DNA of 19,252 nucleotides from an uncultured Polyangium sp. (GTDB lineage Bacteria; Myxococcota_A; Polyangia; Polyangiales; Polyangiaceae): NCBI GenBank assembly GCA_964514885.1, contig CAZETM010000103.1, positions 1 to 19,252 of the forward strand, read 5' to 3'. Shown piece by piece: positions 15,893 to 19,252 of this stretch (position 1 is its first letter; each line of letters starts with the position of its first letter). The notes under the pieces were generated by a model. It saw only the letters and a program-made list of their open reading frames with translations, ran no database searches and was not told where the DNA came from. The position numbers and the translations under genes were made by a program.

Positions 15893-16504
15893 ATGACTGA
15901 AGTAGCGCGACGCGAGCAGATTCTACAAGCAGCCGAGCGCTTGCTGGAACATTACGGGCCGCAAAAAACGACAGTGGCCGATGTGGCACGCGAGGCCGGC
16001 GTTGGAGTCGGCTCGGTGTACCTCGAGTTTCCGTCAAAAGAAGCGATCATCGAAGCGCTTTCGCGAGCCCGTCACGACGCGGTGCTGGCGGCGATGCGAG
16101 CTGCAGCGGCGCAGAGCGGTCACGCGTGGAGTACACGGCTATCGGCTGTGATGGACGCGCGTTTGGAAGCGTATTTCGCGCAAGCCGCGTCCGGGATTCA
16201 CGCACGGGATTTGTTTTACTGTACGAACCCGGCGGTCAAAATCGCGTCGCAATGGTTTCACGACGAAGAACGAGCGCTCGTGACGGAAATGCTCAATGCC
16301 GGCGTACATGCGGGCGAATTCGAGGTTTCCGACACAGAGCTGATGGCTCGCGTCATTCTGCGTGCATACAGCCATTTCACGCCGCCGTGGATTTTATGCG
16401 GCAATCACGACGAAACTCGGAAGCTCATGGTGGCGATGCACGACTTGGTGCTGCGCGGCATTATGCGTCGAAATCAACCTCGACGTAAACGCGAAGCGAT
16501 CTGA
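15893..16504 (+). CDS. TetR/AcrR-family transcriptional regulator.
   Basis: The N-terminal HTH RREQILQAAERLLEHYGPQKTTVADVAREAGVGVGSVYLEF is typical of TetR. Length of 203 aa and a helical C-terminal ligand-binding domain fit the family. Confidence 0.85.
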   Translation: MTEVARREQILQAAERLLEHYGPQKTTVADVAREAGVGVGSVYLEFPSKEAIIEALSRARHDAVLAAMRAAAAQSGHAWSTRLSAVMDARLEAYFAQAASGIHARDLFYCTNPAVKIASQWFHDEERALVTEMLNAGVHAGEFEVSDTELMARVILRAYSHFTPPWILCGNHDETRKLMVAMHDLVLRGIMRRNQPRRKREAI

Positions 16505-16524
16505 AATGGTTTGTTAGCGAGCGG

Positions 16525-16743
16525 CTAACGCGACGCGTCCCGCAAGATCTTGGCAGCGACGATTTCGCCCGTCGAAAAATCCGTGGCACGGAATATTTGC
16601 CCCATGCCGTCCGCTCCAGCTTGCTCTTCGATGATCACGCGCAATCGTACAGAGTCTTCGTTGCTTCGGGCGAAACACGGTCCTACGTTCCCCATCTTTG
16701 GTGACCAGAAACACCTCCCGACATCAAACTCACGCATCGTCAT
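16525..16743 (-). pseudogene. Remnant of a Ser/Thr kinase N-terminus (Gly loop plus VAIK region), truncated after subdomain II.
   Basis: The 72-aa ORF ends ...RLRVIIEEQAGADGMGQIFRATDFSTGEIVAAKILRDASR*. This parallels GRFRLEAFVGQGGMARVFRALDHRTNELVALKVLLDE of the large kinase at 1855..5814 (G-x-G-M, FRA-x-D, E-x-VA-x-K-x-L). No kinase continuation appears in any frame downstream; the tetR end lies there instead. Confidence 0.5.
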
Positions 16744-16752
16744 CTCCCCCCG

Positions 16753-16788
16753 TTGACGGAACTGTGAACGAGTTTATTGTTCGTTCAC
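16753..16788 (+). promoter_or_regulatory. Candidate lon promoter/operator. It has a TTGACG -35-like hexamer, a TATTGT -10-like hexamer at 16-nt spacing, and an 8-bp perfect inverted repeat GTGAACGA-N9-TCGTTCAC overlapping the spacer and -10.
   Basis: Read directly. TTGACG is at 16753-16758. IR arms are at 16764-16771 and 16781-16788. The Lon start is at 16861 with SD AAGGAG. Confidence 0.4.
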
Positions 16789-16860
16789 TCTTCGGGCTAC
16801 AGCTAGGCAAAGCCAGCCGTACGACGAGGAGCCAATTTCGGTCCCCCAAGGAGTCTCACG

Positions 16861-19233
16861 ATGACTACGCTGCGTGATAACGCCAATCTTCCTTCTTCTC
16901 CTTTTCCTGTGCTCCCGCTTCGCAATGGTGTTCTCTTTCCAGGTACGGTAATCGCTCTGCCCATTGGTCGCGAGCGCTCGATTGCATTGGTTCGGACGTT
17001 GACCAAAGGCGACGTCATTGGTGTCGTGACGCAGAAAGACCGCAACGTCACTGATCCGGCGGATGACGACATTCATCAGCTCGGCACGTTCGCTCGCGTC
17101 GTGGAAACAGGGCGTTTACCGAGTGGTGACATGCGGTTGGTCATTGAGGGCGTGGCACGAATGCGCCTCGGTGCAATCGCGCAACACGATCCGTTTTGGC
17201 TGGGCGAAGGACATCCCGTGGAAGAGACGGGCGGCGATACGGAGGAAGCGCGGCTTTTTGCGCGAGCGCTGTTCGATCAAGTTCGCGAGCTTGGGCGAGG
17301 AATCGAAAACTCGATTGGTGTATCCACGACGGACGAAGATCCGGCTCGATTTGCCGATAGACTCAGTGCCGTGCTGGGTTTGTCGTCGGACAAAGACATG
17401 CGGCTGCTCGAAGCATTGGACGTAGTGGAACGATTGCGTCTGCTCGCTGGGTTCGTCCTGGAACAGAAGTCGCTTTCGGAGGTCAAGCGCAAGATCGAGC
17501 AAGACGTGCGGCGTGAAATCGGCAATCAACATCGCGAGGCGATTTTGCGTGAGCAGCTTCGGGCCATCAAAAAGGAGCTTGGGGACGACAAAGGCGAAAA
17601 CGACGTCGAGGGTTTGCGCGAGCGGATCGCGAAGGCGAATTTGCCTGACGAAGCCAAAGCAGTGGCAAATCGGGAGCTGGAACGGTTGAGCACGCTTTCA
17701 CCGCAGCAAGCCGAATACAACGTGATTCGGAATTACCTCGAATGGATGGCCGATCTTCCGTGGAATACACGCGCCGATGCGAAAGACGACATCGATGTGG
17801 TGGCGAAGAAATTGGACGACGACCATCACGGGCTCGAGGAGGTGAAGAAACGGATATTGGAGCACATTGCGGTGTTGCGTCTGAAAGGAACGACCAAAGG
17901 CAGCATTCTGTGTTTGGCGGGTCCGCCCGGAGTTGGAAAAACTTCGATTGGGCAATCGATTGCGGAAGCGACGGGTCGTCCGTTCGTGCGAATTGCGCTG
18001 GGAGGCGTGCGTGACGAGGCGGAGATTCGAGGGCATCGGCGCACGTACGTAGCGGCATTGCCTGGGCGCATCATTCACGGGATGAAAAAGGCCAAGGCGA
18101 AGAACCCGGTGATGTTGCTCGACGAAATCGACAAGCTGGCTGCGGGGTGGGCAGGCAATCCGGAAGCCGCGTTGCTCGAGGTGCTCGATCCGGAGCAGAA
18201 CAAGACGTTCCAGGATCATTACTTGGAGCAGCCGTTCGATTTGTCCGAGGTGCTCTTCATTTGCACGGCGAATGATTTGAGCCAGCTTTCAGCGCCATTG
18301 CGTGACCGCCTGGAAGTGATCGAAATGGCCGGCTACACGCAGGACGAGAAGATTCACATTGCTCGGAAGCATTTGATTCCGAAGCAGCTCGCGGCGCACG
18401 GGATTGCAGACGGAACCTTGACGATTTCCAACGACGCGCTTTTGAACATCGTGCGTAGTTACACTCGGGAAGCTGGGGTTCGTCAATTCGAGCGGGAAAT
18501 CAAAAAGCTTTGCCGCGCTCTTTCGCTGGAAGTGGCGCGAGCAAAAGACGAAAAACCGAGCCTGCACGTGGACACGGATAACCTGCACAAGTATCTCGGT
18601 AAAGAAAAGTATTTCTCGGAAATGGCCGAGCGAACGGCCGTGCCGGGCGTAGCGACGGGATTGGCGTGGACTCCAGCGGGAGGCGATATTCTGTTCATCG
18701 AGACGAGTCGGATGCCGGGCAAAGGGCGCGTGGAAATCACGGGGCAACTCGGCGACGTAATGAAAGAATCGGCAAAAGCTGCGCTTTCGTATGTGAAGAG
18801 TCACGCGGAGGAGCTGGGCGTGGACACGGATAAGCTCGAAGTACAGGATTTGCACATTCACGTACCGGCGGGAGCGGTGCCGAAAGACGGCCCGAGTGCG
18901 GGCGTGACGATGTTCACGGCGCTGACGTCGCTGCTTTCGTCGCGCAGAGTGCGTAGTGACACGGCAATGACGGGCGAATGCACATTGCGTGGGCGCGTAT
19001 TGCCGGTGGGTGGAATCAAAGCGAAGGTAATGGCAGCGCATCGAGCGGGAATCAAGCGGGTGATTTTGCCGCAACGGAATGCGCGTGACATCGACGACGT
19101 GCCGGAAGAAGTTCGCAAAAGCATGGAATTCGTGTTTGCCGAAGATATGACTCAGGTGCTTGCCGCGGCGCTCGAAGACGTGCCGGGTCCCGTCGAGACA
19201 CAAGCCGCGGGTAGTGTGCAAGCAGTGCATTGA
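16861..19233 (+). CDS. lon: ATP-dependent Lon protease (La).
   Basis: Lon N-domain (LPLRNGVLFPGTVIALPIGRERS). AAA+ Walker A GPPGVGKTS and Walker B LLDEIDKL. Proteolytic domain with the catalytic Ser in PKDGPSAGVTM and the Lys in GGIKAKV. Strong SD AAGGAG 8 nt upstream of the ATG. Confidence 0.95.
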   Translation: MTTLRDNANLPSSPFPVLPLRNGVLFPGTVIALPIGRERSIALVRTLTKGDVIGVVTQKDRNVTDPADDDIHQLGTFARVVETGRLPSGDMRLVIEGVARMRLGAIAQHDPFWLGEGHPVEETGGDTEEARLFARALFDQVRELGRGIENSIGVSTTDEDPARFADRLSAVLGLSSDKDMRLLEALDVVERLRLLAGFVLEQKSLSEVKRKIEQDVRREIGNQHREAILREQLRAIKKELGDDKGENDVEGLRERIAKANLPDEAKAVANRELERLSTLSPQQAEYNVIRNYLEWMADLPWNTRADAKDDIDVVAKKLDDDHHGLEEVKKRILEHIAVLRLKGTTKGSILCLAGPPGVGKTSIGQSIAEATGRPFVRIALGGVRDEAEIRGHRRTYVAALPGRIIHGMKKAKAKNPVMLLDEIDKLAAGWAGNPEAALLEVLDPEQNKTFQDHYLEQPFDLSEVLFICTANDLSQLSAPLRDRLEVIEMAGYTQDEKIHIARKHLIPKQLAAHGIADGTLTISNDALLNIVRSYTREAGVRQFEREIKKLCRALSLEVARAKDEKPSLHVDTDNLHKYLGKEKYFSEMAERTAVPGVATGLAWTPAGGDILFIETSRMPGKGRVEITGQLGDVMKESAKAALSYVKSHAEELGVDTDKLEVQDLHIHVPAGAVPKDGPSAGVTMFTALTSLLSSRRVRSDTAMTGECTLRGRVLPVGGIKAKVMAAHRAGIKRVILPQRNARDIDDVPEEVRKSMEFVFAEDMTQVLAAALEDVPGPVETQAAGSVQAVH

Positions 19234-19252
19234 GGGCCGCGGCCTCACCCCC

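Noticed and set aside
18289-19248. 319-aa minus-strand ORF
   Set aside because: It is entirely antisense to the unambiguous Lon protease gene, and the product is Arg/His-rich low complexity. This is a typical high-GC mirror ORF.
1-19252. Scan for tRNA, rRNA, CRISPR arrays and mobile-element genes
   Set aside because: I saw no cloverleaf-like tRNA candidates, no spaced direct-repeat arrays, and no integrase, transposase or recombinase-like ORFs.

Overview
This is a 19.3 kb chromosomal window of high GC content (lower, roughly 45-50% by eye, in bases 196-1700). Gene content suggests a Myxococcota-type deltaproteobacterium: a eukaryotic-like Ser/Thr kinase fused to AAA+ and TPR domains, many lipoproteins, a TetR regulator and Lon. 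No tRNA, rRNA, CRISPR, integrase or transposase was seen.

The plus strand carries:
- a small lipoprotein-like gene and an acidic 166-aa gene inside the low-GC patch;
- a 1319-aa kinase / cyclase-like / AAA+ / TPR STAND-type regulator whose catalytic loop reads HRDLAPGN (Lys to Ala);
- a co-directional four-gene cluster: 198-aa hypothetical, TPR protein, MutS-family ATPase (domains III-V only, no mismatch-binding domain, no Smr) and a full-length Major Vault Protein (MVP) homolog;
- a TetR regulator;
- Lon protease.

The minus strand carries:
- an M23 peptidase lipoprotein followed by a 529-aa secreted Cys/Gly-rich protein;
- a 72-aa remnant of a kinase N-terminus.

The main candidate for a new system is the MVP cluster. 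MVP is the eukaryotic vault-shell protein. Here it sits 4 bp downstream of a MutS-like ATPase and downstream of a translationally coupled hypothetical/TPR pair, which suggests a bacterial vault-like nanocompartment locus with dedicated accessory genes.

Several conserved-looking palindromes and repeats were also found: upstream of lon, downstream of MVP, and at the 5' edge of the window.
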